Source of the DNA: Takakia lepidozioides
Lineage: Eukaryota > Plantae > Bryophyta
Length of the DNA stretch: 64,000 nt
Assembly: GCA_030704615.1 (NCBI GenBank)
Contig: CM060731.1
Span: forward strand, 59,892,001-59,956,000
Direction of reading: 5' to 3'
Shown: positions 38,101 to 50,689 of the stretch, one piece after another
How positions within the stretch are numbered: the first letter of the stretch is position 1
Layout: each line of letters begins with the position of its first letter
Program-made: the position numbers and the translations under genes
Notes under the pieces: generated by a model
Told to the model about the DNA's origin: nothing
What the model saw: only the letters and a program-made list of their open reading frames with translations
The model's database searches: none

Positions 38101-40447
38101 GGGTCATCATTGCCAATCAAATTCTATTTGCGGGGATTTGGTTCTACGCGGCAGTTTGGCGTCCCAATTCTTCTCAGATCCAAGAGGTTAGAAGGCTCCT
38201 TAGAAATTATGTATGGGGTGCAGGGAACTCTACTGAGAGTAAGAGACCTCAGGTGGCTTGGAATCAAATATGTCGCACAGAGAAAAAAGTGGGGCTAGGG
38301 ATCATAGACCCAAATCTCCGCTTTGTTGGCCAAATGGATTCCTAGATTCTTGGGGCCAGAAGGGGGTCTATGGAAGTTCCTGGTCTACGACAACATCTCT
38401 CTCTCCTCCCCTCTAAAGATCTCATCTTGGGCTCCCACTCTACGATGGATTGTACATGGTTTCAAGCATAAACCGGTTGGCTCCAATCTCTGGATCAACA
38501 TTTGGAGGGCCTGGGGCAGGTTTCGACAGTTCCTTGTTCAGAAACCACCCTCTTCATTCTACGAGATTCTTCGCTAGCACTTGTTCCTTTATACAAACAA
38601 TCCTTCTCCTCAGCAAAAAAACCAAGCCAAACGCTGGTCTTCCAGCTGGGACCGTCTCGGGATCTGCCAGATCAACAATATCTAGGTAAATAATGCCTTT
38701 AAGTCACTACAAACCATAGCCCCCATTGTTGGACAGGCTAGAGCAACCACTGGTTATCAAGACATCATTAGCTCTCTACCTCAACCGTGGATTGCATCTC
38801 TTCAAGTTGGTCCATCTCTTCCCTCCCTCCCTTTTTGGGCACTGGTCATCTTGCAAAATAACCTTACCATTTCTTTTGTCACAGACATCGTTCCCACCCA
38901 CCACTCTGTATTTTTATTCAGCATAGACCCTACATCCCTCACTCTTACCCTTCTCTCAATAAACCCATTGAACATACCTCCAGGGCACTTACCTATGTCA
39001 GAATATGCGGATGGTCGATTCCAGGCAAACCCCTGGACCCCAAACCAGATCTCCTTACACCACTGCAGCAATGGCTGGACTACAACACCTTTGTTTGAAT
39101 TCTGGGTCGTCCACTGGCTGAGTTGGAGCTTGACCCAATGGAGTGGTCATGGAAGTTTGCTAGGGAGCCTGAGCCCTTCTTCTCCTACACCATAAGGAAA
39201 GGTTACAAAGTCCTCTCCAATTTTCACTGCCTGAAGAATAAGTGGGAAGCCAAATGGGACCACTACGGCTTCAGGAACAAAAACTGGCCAACCATATGGG
39301 GCTCTGTTTGGATCAAAAGTCGACCAGCAAAAATAGCAGCCTTCCTCTGGCAAGTGACAAATAGGGTGCTAAAAGTGGGGGAGTGGCTGCAATTCCAGGC
39401 AGCTCTTTTATGTAAATGTTGTACACACAACAACATGGAATCCCTTGAGCATTGTCTCCTTCAATGTCAAGTGCCAGCCAAGGTTTGGCCTCTGGTGAGA
39501 GTGTTCTACAGATTCTGGAACCCTAGGGTCTTATCCCCCCTGGACATCCTTTTAAATTACAATCAGGGATTTAAACAGAGAGCTATATCTTGCCCTATGT
39601 TTGAAACCCTCATGAGCTCCACACTTTGGCACCTATGGAAAGCCCGTTGCAAAAAGACCTTTTCGGGTGACACCCTAACCATTTCTGCCTTGCTTGCATA
39701 TATCTTCTATGATCTGGGGATAGAATCAAGGAAATATTGGTCCAAAACATGTGCAAATATTGAGCGGAATTCAAGCAATGCAACAGCAATTCATGCTACC
39801 TTCCAGAGCACCTAGGGCCTCCGTGGACTTATCTGCAACTCCCCAGAGATCGACAACTGCATCTGGAATGACCTTCCACCCGCTTGCTGGCGTGACCATT
39901 GCTCAACCCTGCACAATGTCTCCTAAGTTCGATCGAGATATCAACTGGAAGCACCTTAGGCCCTCATCGTCTGCTTCCAGGCTTCAGTACAGATAGGGTT
40001 GTTTCACTTTCCAAGGGATAACAAGGTTCTCGGTTCTCATGGGGTGCATCCAATTTGGAAGGGATCAGACGATACCAACTTGCTTCCTTTTCTATGATGT
40101 TTTGAATGATAGTTTTTGGGCAACGAGTTCCTGAGGTGTTCTTCTCTAGCATTCATAAAATGCAAACTGGGTTACCATGCATAGCTTAGGGCTCTGCTAT
40201 TGAATTCCCATAGTCAGGCGATCGTGCAGACATAGTAGCTTCACTCTTAGTTGCAGCCCTAGGGCAAATAGATCTTCTTCACTGATCATTCTCTCGTACT
40301 GAGAGGAAGGGTTCGTTCTTCTCTGTTTGCAGTGTGTGCGCCTTATGGCTCATCCGGGGTTTTAATTTTTTTCCCCACAATAACTTATAACAAAGTTCTC
40401 AAGGGCTATTAATCCTTTCTGCTAAAAATAATAGTAATAATAATAAA
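32150..40447 (+). mobile_element. Near full-length degenerate L1-clade LINE
   Basis: ORF1 knuckle CFNYGKLGHFKADC (about 33905-33950); endonuclease SWNIRGL, NIYAPN, GDFN, RLDR, DHAPI; RT KSPGMDG, NYRPITLLN, LDFEKAFD, FVDD; CKCC..ESLEHCLLQC; (TAA)n tail at 40424-40447; many stops and frameshifts; 5' boundary approximate. Confidence 0.95.
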
Positions 40448-42514
40448 CTGTATAGAAGGGTCTTCTTCACACTTCTCTTCATGCCCTTGTAAGTCTGGCA
40501 GAACCTACCGACCAGTCCTCTTCAAAAAGGTGGTATGTGCTTTTGTTGCTGCTTTACAAACCTTAATCAAATGTGACATAACAAATTTTATCAATTTTTC
40601 TCTCTTAGATTATCAAAAGGAGGACAATTCTACCCACATGATAGAAGTGTATCACTTCCTTTCGTGCACATACCAGTAATCCCCAGAAGAACAAACCCCA
40701 TCTTGGAAATGTAAAAGCATGGATTTCTTCAACCTTGCCAAGTCCTTGCAGCGTTAAGCCTCTTTAAGCTAAGTTGCAGCTCCTCCCGTTTCTTCTGTTT
40801 CAACAAGCGTAGCTCATCCACCCCCCTCTTTCTCATTTTCATACCTCATCTTTAAGGGTTGCAACTTTTCTTGCAACTTGTCAAGTTCCGTTTGACCCAG
40901 TGTGCTGTAGTTGCAAGACACACTACAACAAATTGCGGCTTTTACGTCTCTGTGTTATGACTGCAAATGCAGTCATGGAAGCCATTTACGACTTCCTGAC
41001 TCTGCAGACGTAAAGACCTAGTCAGTTGTGACATGGCAGATATGACTCTCCAGGCTGGCTGTCACGTGGCGCCAGAGCAGCTGTGGGGGTAGTCATACAC
41101 GCTGGCTTTACTGAATGACTGAACGGACAGTGTAGTCCATGTCAGCGGCTGTGCAAGAGTGGCACGTGCTCGATGCAGGAAATGACACGTGGCAGAGTGT
41201 TTAGCTCTCCATGACTGCGAACTATGACTACGAGTGTGCTAATCCGGTTGCAACACGTGGCGCGTTTCAGTTTTTACACGTGGTCCATCAACAGATTGAC
41301 ATGTGTCATGATGGGTTTTGGGGTGTATTGCTATTTTTTTACATATTTGTATTTCTGCCACGTGGTGTAGTACTATTGGAGAGTGAAAATAGATGTAGTC
41401 ATTATTATGACTATGATAGCAGTCATGTACATGTCTATTACAACAATGAAATATAATATATAATACAAAGAGAACAAGGCAGCAAGACATAACTGCTACA
41501 AACTAAGCAAAACCAAGAGATTGCATACCATCTCTATTTACCAATCTATTTATCATTATCATTTTTGTTGCGATCTAAAAATACATTAAATAGTCGCAAG
41601 TTCTCATGTGAATCATTTTGTCTAACTATAACACTTTGAAAAGTGTTCACCCAGAATCTTCTAACTACTCATGTATTCCATCAATCTGCAACCCATCAAA
41701 AACGGCTTGCATGGCTTTAACAATTACTACAGCAAGGACATTTGTTTGTTTTCCAAGTTCTTGCATAAGATGCACCAACCAATATTGCATTGTGAGACAC
41801 TCACTCGCTATACTCCAAGGCGTCCAGAGAAGGTCACTGAGCAACCTGCCAAGGCGGAAACAATTAAGAGAATTATCTAATACCATATATGAAAAACCAA
41901 TGCCAGTGTTGTTTATGGTAACTTCTATCCCATGTCCTAAACAAACCAAAGCAAAAAGGTTGGTGTGTATTGGCGAAGTCGTCAGATACTTCACAAAGAA
42001 ACATGCACTAAAAATGAAACCCAGGATGATAGGAAGGTCACTCACGTTTATACAAAGACATCTTGCCCATTGCCCAGCACCCTGCGTCACCCACACTCTA
42101 TCTCTATTCCTTCAGCTATCCATGCCTTTGCACAAATCAAGCATTCATCCTTGCCTTGCTGCTAGCAGCTGACAATGACAGCCTACATTTGTTCTAGGAA
42201 ACATCCAACTCAGCGTAGCACACTAGTTTCTATGCTGAATTGCGTCTGCTACTCTCTGAAATGTAGCAGGCATTCACTTTTCTGCCCCGGTTGACCCATC
42301 AGTGATTGGGCTCAGATAAGTATTCATTCCACAGCTTCTCCTCATCTCTGTTACCTATTTTTTGACACTTTCCTGTTGTCACATTGGCAGTATCATGTCA
42401 AAGTCACTCCAAACTAGATTCACTCAACCAGCTAACTTGCAGAATTGAACATGTAAATTTAGGGCCGATTCTGATAAGAGGGAAAAACAGGGTGAAATGT
42501 GTTGAAGAAGATGC

Positions 42515-42652
42515 CTTCATTAGCAGTGCCTGATTTATCACTTGTGCCGCTGCTCCCAGTTGACCATCTACCCATGCAGGTTTCTTGTAGCTATTGATCC
42601 ACAGGGAATCACAGGTAATCTTGTGCTTGAAATCTGGCCTTCTTGGATGAAT
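42515..42652 (-). pseudogene. OSB-type PDF-motif exon captured in the CACTA element
   Basis: CAG|IHPRRPDFKHKITCDSLWINSYKKPAWVDGQL..MK|GC, 138 nt open; matches the PDFKHK..LW..P.W consensus. Confidence 0.8.
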
Positions 42653-42852
42653 CTGGACCCACACGAAATCCCTGCTCCTTCAGCTATCCATGCCTCTGCA
42701 CAAATCCTGCATACATCCTCGTCTTGCTGCTAGCAGCTGACAATGACAGCCTAGAATTGTCAAAGCAAACACTAGCAGGGAAAACAGGGTGAAATATGTT
42801 GAAGAAGGTACCTTCATCATTTTCTCCATCATTTGCTTTCAGGTGTCCAAAG

Positions 42853-43032
42853 CCCCATCCCGCGCTCCTGCTCTGCACACCTTTCAAGCATTGCATTCCA
42901 CGACACCACATCTAGTTCAGCCATAGTGTTGAACACTCCCTTGGCATCCTCAATGCTCCCACATTTAGCATACATGGCCACCAGAGCCATGTTCAGGATG
43001 ACATCTGGTACAATTGCAGATTTGATGATGTC
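42853..43032 (-). pseudogene. PLS PPR fragment captured in the CACTA element
   Basis: DIIKSAIVPDVILNMALVAMYAKCGSIEDAKGVFNTMAELDVVSWNAML. Confidence 0.9.
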
Positions 43033-44079
43033 ACCAGGGAGTAGTTAGGTAATGTCGGATTGGTCAGTGAGAACCACCACGGTGCAGCTGAGTGGGCAGA
43101 GATTGCCAATATTCGTGGTCAAACATGTTTGACCTGTGTTGCGCAGAGTCCGAAGCCATGCAGTCGCATATACGCCTTCTCCAGACCTGCATTATGACTT
43201 CAAAAGCATTTTACGACTGCAAATGGCATTTCTGCCACAAATCTGTCATGACTGCGCACCCATGGGAGTCATAAAAGCCGCAATCTGTTGTAGTGACAGC
43301 CAACATCGCATTCCTCACAATATAGTTCTCTTAAATTTAAAACAAGAAATCGTGAAACACTATACGTAATCTGATAGAGGCTTATTGACAAACTATTTCA
43401 TTGTAAATCTAGAAAATAACCAACGAACAATGTTCTTCTTACTGTGAAGACATTTCTGTCACTTAGCTCCATGGTCCATCTCCTTCACCAGAGCATAGTA
43501 AGTAATCTCCAGCCGATGCATCCCCGCTGGTTATTCTTTGAGCAAGTCCTTCCACATACAACTTATTTTTCCCACCTTAGGCTCTCTAATCGGAACTGGA
43601 TTGTCTTTTATTTTCTGGAGAGGATGTCAATCACTCTTCTGATTTCATCCGCTCTTCCAATTACTCGATCCTACTTCCTTGCCTCCTCCTCCCATATCGA
43701 ACTAGAGCCTCAAACCTTGCATCTCTTGTCTTCATAGCTTCAAGATTTTTCTCAAGAATAAAGACCAAAAACTGAAACACTCTCAATGAGACACACATTT
43801 CCCCTTCCACATCCAATTCCCAATTCCCAAAATATCCCTTAGGCGCAATACTCAATTGATTTTTGGCCGAGAGATCCTAATTTCACTATAAGATCTTTGG
43901 CTAGATGTTTGCGACAATTGGAGAAACCAACATGTTGTGAATCAAGAAGAATTTTTTACCACCCAATGGAAGGTGATTTCTTTGAAATCCTAATGAGAAA
44001 AAAATCCACATGTTTGGATGTTTTGAAGTATTGTTCTGAAGAGGATAGAAGAAGACCGGTGCATTGCCATGAAGATTGT

Positions 44080-44420
44080 ATCTAAAATGGACAATTGTGT
44101 CAAAGACAACAAGAATAGGTGGATGTTGGCGTTACTATCGTTGCTCACCACGAAATGGGTGTTTGAAGGAATTCAACTTGGTTTCCTCATGGTTGGTCAT
44201 AAGTATGAGGATATTGATGTTTACTTTAGTTACCTTTCGAAGAAATTGAAGTAGAACAACACATGTGTCTTTTTTGATCTCATGAAAATTTTCATGGTAT
44301 CTCAGGAGCTGCAGTTTATTTCGCAAATCACTCAAGAAGTTCCAGACTTCAAATATTTTGTTGATGGCTTTATTTTGGACGGAAACGATGCGTTAGTAAT
44401 GGATATTTTTTGGTTTTTTG
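44080..44420 (+). mobile_element. DNA transposase catalytic remnant (DNC..NKN / VGH..EDID type, Sola-like)
   Basis: MDNCVKDNKNRWMLALLSLL..FLMVGHKYEDIDVYFSYLSKKLK, then stops; superfamily call is tentative. Confidence 0.6.
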
Positions 44421-47400
44421 TTGATTCGGAGCAATGACTTGTAATGCAATAGAAAAAATCTGTAACAGATTTGTATTAGCTTCCAAAAAATAGCAATGTC
44501 AAAATGAGGAAAACAAGAGTTGATGGTTCTTCTATGCTTCCGATTGGAGGCCGAAATCAGTATATAAGAGACCTATTTGGGAAAATGATGAGGATTCATC
44601 GGAGAAACGGTCTTGCATCAAGTCTGATAACCACAATGTCATTAATTGAAATGTAAAACCACAATAAAATTGCAGAGCATATATCATGTTTGAAAATCTT
44701 TCCAATGGCCGAATCTACATGAAGAATGTACCTAACTAAGAAAGTCTAATGCTCCTTCAAAATGTGTAGTATTGATGGCAATGTGCCATGACACATATTT
44801 CACCAAACAAATTATATACATCAAGAATAGTTCTTCCGGTGGTGGTGTACACAATGCTGAAGTTCCTGGCCCCCTGGACGGGCAGATCGAGATTGTTGTA
44901 CACAGTGTTGTGTTGCGAGGCCTATCCCTGATGCAAACAACATAAAACATTTTCGAAAATTGTTTTCAATACACACTCAAGATTACAACTCAAAATCAAA
45001 TTTAGTTGATGCTCACCTTGACCTTGGGCAGTCTTGCTGCAAGATTCTTCACCTCTAAAGCCAAACTCTTGACATCGAGGAGGATAAAACATCGGTCTTG
45101 GTGATGATGGTGCGATTGGTTTCTCCTTGCACCTCTACCACGGTCTTGAGAACCTCCACATCGATGTGGATCACAGACTCTTGAAGAACTTAACTTTCCG
45201 TTGAAGGAGCCAAATGACAAACGTTTTGAGGAATTTTGGTCCCAAACAAAATGGACCGAACACCACATGAGAGACTATATTCATATGCAATCTGAAGATA
45301 CATTGTCTGAAGATGAAGATGATATTCTAGAGCCGTATTGTGGCCCGAGGTGTACAATCAATTGAATTATGCCAGAATGTCTGTCAAAAGGGAAATTACG
45401 TGGTAGGTATGAAATAATTATAATGTACAATCATTGCAGTTCAGCAAGAGCCCTGTAAGAGAATCACAATGCTACGATAGTCTGTTGGGGTTGTTGACTC
45501 GAACATTTTATACCACTGGATAGGAGATTGCACACGCTCTTCAGGGCGTGCGAGCCCACATCGACATGGAGCTGGCAGTGACGATCTCTGCAGTGGAGCA
45601 AACTGAGGCCAATTACCAAGAATTGAAACAAAATCACTCTGTTTTGGAAGCAGATTTCAAAAACATGGCCTCATGCTACTTGCGTAGTATAGCCTCACAA
45701 GTTCTCTTGTTTTGTACTAAAGAGCAACCTAAGGTCTCTAGGTCTCTGGATCGTTTTACCTGTCTGTATGAAACTTGCAAATCTTACTTGACCAAAGGTA
45801 CCATTAAATCCATTCAAGGACATTGAGAAGGGATTCTTTATCCTTGTTCTTTGGATGAGAATGACAATATCAGATTTGTACGAGATAGAGGAAATCCCAA
45901 TTAGAAGAAGTGGCATCTCCTCATAAACTTGGCTGGCTCTAACCAATGCTGCAGCCACAACTCCATTAACGTCCATCGTATCAACGACCTGTTATCAAAA
46001 CAAGAGATATCAATTAATACACAGGTTCGCAACAAGACATTGCAAAGGCTACCAAGAGAAGCACCAATCTTCTTAAAACGAAGCAAACCCTTGCTCACTT
46101 TTCATCTTACTGTGTTACAAGCCTGATGGTGGCCCCATGTCCTGAAATCGTTTATCAGAGCGGATCCTACGGCCCCAACTTCACCCTGATTCACACGCCA
46201 AAAACCTCAAAACATAGCAATGTATCTTACCTCCAGAGGGGACGACACGATGACGATAGAAAACATAAACACAATCCAGCACCAATACCTCCAAGCCCTA
46301 CGTAAGGGGAAATATGGAGACGGAAGAAATGAGATAATCCAACAGATGCAGATAGATACAAAGACCGTTGGTCCAAAAATTGGAAGTTCAACCGGATGGA
46401 TCTCGCTCAATGGATGGATGTTGACAGTGTGCCACTGTAGTCTAGACAATATAAACAAAGAAACAAACGACAAAAGAAAGGACAAAAAAGATAAGTGCTC
46501 AAGATGCGGACAATGCTAAGCCAAATTTGAAAATATCAAGTCTTCAAGATAATGGTCACTAGTTTGGTGGTTTTCACGTCACCAAAAAGTTGACAAGTTT
46601 GCAAATCCATTGCTTGCAAGGACTTAGGGTCAACTGAAAGCAAATTGGTCTTGGTATTTGTCCTAGTTTTGAGAGCAACTGCATGAGGCTGTGGATGAGC
46701 CAAGCTTTCTTCCGGACTCTCCAAATAGGCATAGCTTGGATTCTAGCTAAGATAGATATTATCAGGAGTGGTCTTTGATAGTTTTCAAGCCTAATTAGTT
46801 AGAATTCTGCTATAGTGCCTCGACAATGTGCGAGCGCATACAACAGATCATATGGTATTTCAAAACATGGCCCGGGTGGTTTATCATCTGTGTCAAGTCG
46901 ATACACACAAAGAACTTGCAGCCTTTTCCTATACTCGCTCGGCCAACCAACGTCTTTCTCAAGTGGTACTTCAATTGAATTTAAAGGGTACGATGTAGAT
47001 CCATGTACTCATCGATCTTGTCAAATCCAGTCTCTCGCGCAAGATGCATTGAGTGGGAATCTAGTGTATCATCTATAAATGCTCAAATAAACTGAGGTCA
47101 AATACTATTTACACAAATTATGGATCATTTTTAATAAATTTTGTTACAGGTTGCGATATTTATCTATTTGTCCCACGCTCTCTCTTGTACCAATCTAAGT
47201 CGAAACCATGGATACATTGTTTGGATATTTTAAACTCGAATTTTTTTATTTGTGAGTCATTGCAGATACAAGTTTACTTATCATAACTACTAAAATATTA
47301 TCCTAAAACCTCTCATCCAAGTTTTAAGGACTCTATAAAAATTTATTGGGATGTTTGAAATTGTTTTGATGTTTTATAGGTCCACCTCCTAAACACTTTT

Positions 47401-47559
47401 GAGACCAAGTTAGTAAACCCTATACCCCCACAAACCTATTCCTAATCAACGTTTATTCAGCTCATTCAAATTTTCTTTTTCCCAAGCTTTTGGGTAAGAT
47501 AGCGTGGTTGAGATGTTTAATTGAAACTTGATTTTATAGTTAGACAGAAGTCTTGTAGA

Positions 47560-49030
47560 TTTGTTGCTTGAGACCGTAAATCAAACCTCTTTGTCATGAA
47601 CTTTGAAGCTCATTCATGTAATTTTTTTTCGAAACTTTGGGTTAGGACAAAGAGGTTGGGATACTCAGAAATTGAAAGATTTTATAGGTTTTAATTACTA
47701 TTGTAAATGTGTTTGTTATTGAATCTACTAAATTTGCTTACCTTAAACCCTAATACACCCTCAAATTATTTTCCGAATGTTTAAATTCATTATTATTATT
47801 CTTTTCCAAGCTTTAGGATAAGATAGACTGGTTTGGATTTTGAATGGCATTTTTGTAGGTCCTAAACACTCTTTCTCTATTTCTTTCTTATCGATACTTT
47901 AACTTAGCCTAAATCTTGTACCCCAAAAATATCCTTGCAATCACGGAAGCTCAATGTTCAAAAATCTAATGTTTGAAGCTCATAATTGTTTTCTCCCAAG
48001 CTTTAGAATATGATATACTGGTTTGGATTTTTAAAATATGACATTTTTGTAGGTCCTAAACTCTCTTCATATTTGTTTCTTATCGATATTTTAACTTAGC
48101 CGAGACCCTATACCCCAAAAATGTCTTTGTAATGTTTTGAAGTGAGTCATTCAAAAATATTTTTCCAACGTTTGAAGCTCATTAATTTTTTTTCCTAGAA
48201 TAGAGTGGTTTGGTTTTTTAAATGACATTTTTGTAGGTCCTAAACTCTCTTCCATATTTGTTTCTTATCTATTATACTTTAACTTAGCATGAACTCTATA
48301 ACAGTGTTGGTTTGATATCAGGTATTTTACATACCAAACTGGACCTGGTACCAACCCAATGACAAAACTTTCATACTAGTCTGGTCTATATAATGGTGGA
48401 TGTATTTTTTTTTCCAGATACTGGTATGAGTATGAGTATCATGATCACAATACCAGCTGGTATGGGATGTCAACTTTGGTATTATTCAAAAGCCATTTGA
48501 CTTACAAGTTTATCAAATATCAAGTGAAAACAAATACAATAATCATAAAGTAAATATAAATAAGTACATGTATGTCCACATAAACTAGTATAATACACAT
48601 ACCAGAGTAAATGAGGAAGACAGAGGGGTATTGGTATTGTCACTGGTATGAGATATAGATACCAGCCTGGTTTGGTATATAACTTGGTATTGTAGAACTT
48701 AAGACCAGGCTGGTCTGGTCCATGATACGAGGGTTGATACTTGGGTCTGATACCCATACCAGACCAACACTCCTCTATACACCAAAAACATCTTTGTAAT
48801 GTTTGAAGCTCATTCAAAAATCTTTGCGGATGTTTGAAGCTCATTAAATTTTCTTTTCTGGCATGCTTTAGGATAAGATAAAGTGGTTTGGATTTTTAAA
48901 TGACATTTTTTTAGGTCCTAAACTCTCTTTCATGTTTCTTATCGATATTACTGTAACTTAGCCTAAACCCTACACCCCAAAAATATCATTGTAATGTTTG
49001 AATCTCATTCAAAATTTTATTTTGCAACTT
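47560..49030. repeat. AT-rich degenerate tandem array, unit about 180-200 bp
   Basis: Recurring TTTGAAGCTCAT..GGTTTGGATTTT..CATTTTTGTAGGTCCTAAAC..TTCTTATCGATA..AACTTAGCC..ACCCCAAAA. Confidence 0.8.
48302..48772. mobile_element. hAT-type MITE
   Basis: TIRs CAGTGTTGGTTTGATAT / GAGTGTTGGTCTGGTAT (14/17); 8-bp TSD CTCTATAA (48294-48301) / CTCTATAC (48773-48780); internal GGTAT/ATACC repeats; splits one unit of the array. Confidence 0.75.
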
Positions 49031-50689
49031 TGGGAGTCATATAGTACTAGAGTAGACTGTAGTTGGGATATTTAATTGAAAGTTTGTATAGTATAGTAAT
49101 AGGTTGTAAACACTCTCCCATTTTTTTTGTTCCATACTTAACTAAGGTTGATTCGGATTTTCATGTGAGTAATTTTCATGTGCCATTTCGATTTTGAATA
49201 CCTTTCAAATCGCCTTCAACTGCATTCATGTTTCAGTATTCATGAATTTGTGTCCATCACTACTATTTTGCAGGAGTCCATTGGGTTTCAGACCGACATT
49301 CTTTTTTTTGCGAAACGATCTATTTTTCCAAAGTCCTCTGCATTCTTAGAACTTAGCTACATGTCTACACTGAGACATTTGCAAAACATATCTATGCAAG
49401 AGACACCTAAGGCCCTTAACCCCTAAAGGACTAACCCCAATTTTTGGGTCCACCCCCAAACATTTGACCCTTCCCCACTAAATAATTTATATCTTGAGAT
49501 TTCCTCAGGCCCTGTAAAACTGACCGTTGTAATATGTTCCTACCTACTCCAGCTATGACCACAAAACGTCTGGTCCAAATCGAACCGCCGGATTGCAAGA
49601 TTATAATGTTGAAAGTTGGGCCAAAAACAAATTTCCTATTTATAATGGGGTAAAAAACACAGTTTTTCTTATGAAGTTTCCCAGCTGTGAATTGTTTTGA
49701 CATGACACAAACCATAATCTTGTACCCTGCCAGGTAAGACACCTGCCCTGAAAATTTCAGCTTTTTCTGACATGTTCTCATGTGGGCTGCTTTGTATGGC
49801 CAATTTGGGGGGTCAAATTTCCCAATTTCAAAAGGGCAAGCACAAAAACGTATTAGAAAATTCGGTGAAAAGATCTGAACCGTTGAATTGTCAATCGCTC
49901 CGGTCAGACTGTAGTGGGCAGGTTTGTGTAAGCACAACAAAACTTTCGCGCCTTTGCCTTAATCTGGCTGGTCTTCTGGTGTGCTATTTGGGGTGAATGA
50001 CATCTACAAATTGCTTGGCTTATGATTTGTTGTCATGTCCTTCGTGACCAGAAATCCATGCTGGGTAAACGCCAGGTCTTTTGCTTGCAAAGCAAGGGTT
50101 GGGTTCATTTGCAAGTTTTCCAAAAAACAAAAAAAAACAAAAAAAAAATATTTTTATTATTTTTTGTTTTTTCCCCTCTGAATGTGCCAGATGAAGGTGG
50201 CGTTGATGCCAGCTTTATCTGGCTGGTCTGGGCCGGAATATTTAAGCTTCCGCACTTATTTAAACTCAACAACACATGGATCTCTGCGCACCTGTTGTTG
50301 CAGTCATCCATGGTTCACTCATCTGGACAATTTTTCATCCGACACTCATCCAACATTCATCCAATGTTCATCCATTCCCTTTTACGTTCATCATAGATAC
50401 ATTCATTCGACAGTTTTTCATCGTACATTCGTGCTACATTGTCGTCATGGAGTCTGTCTGTCATCGGTCCGATGGAGAGAAGATTGCGCCGTTGCAGTGG
50501 AGTTTGTGTCCACCGCAATAGGCCCACTTGTTCCCTCGCTTTTAGGGTCCGCATCAATAATCTGCTCACGCTTACAATCTGCTCACGCTTGGAGGAATCT
50601 GCTCACGGATAAGAGAATTTGCTCACGGGTTCTCCTCACGTCTTTGCTACCCTCAATCCCTGAGAGGGGCTCTGGGTGCGAATCGTCTC

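Larger units (their letters stand above)
40921..43295. mobile_element. Non-autonomous CACTA element carrying gene fragments (Pack-CACTA)
   Basis: Left TIR CACTACAACAAATTGCGGCTTTTACG versus right TIR (reverse complement) CACTACAACAGATTGCGGCTTTTATG, 24/26 identical; 3-bp TSD ACA at 40918-40920 and 43296-43298; subterminal ATGACTGC/GCAGTCAT repeats; no transposase. Confidence 0.93.
40735..43740 (-). pseudogene. HSP101: HSP101/ClpB relic, copy B (NBD1 start + middle domain), split by the CACTA element
   Basis: 43740-43500: DARFEALVRYG..DRVIGRADEIRRVIDILSR..VEGLAQRITSGD; 40900-40735: ELDKLQEKLQPLKMRYENEKEGVDELRLLKQK..DLAR; stops and frameshifts. Confidence 0.8.

Noticed and set aside
45548-46519. 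Several 65-99 aa ORFs
   Set aside because: No family recognised; TE-rich context
49415-49440. TTAA-CCCCT as a piggyBac-like end
   Set aside because: No matching opposite terminus in the window
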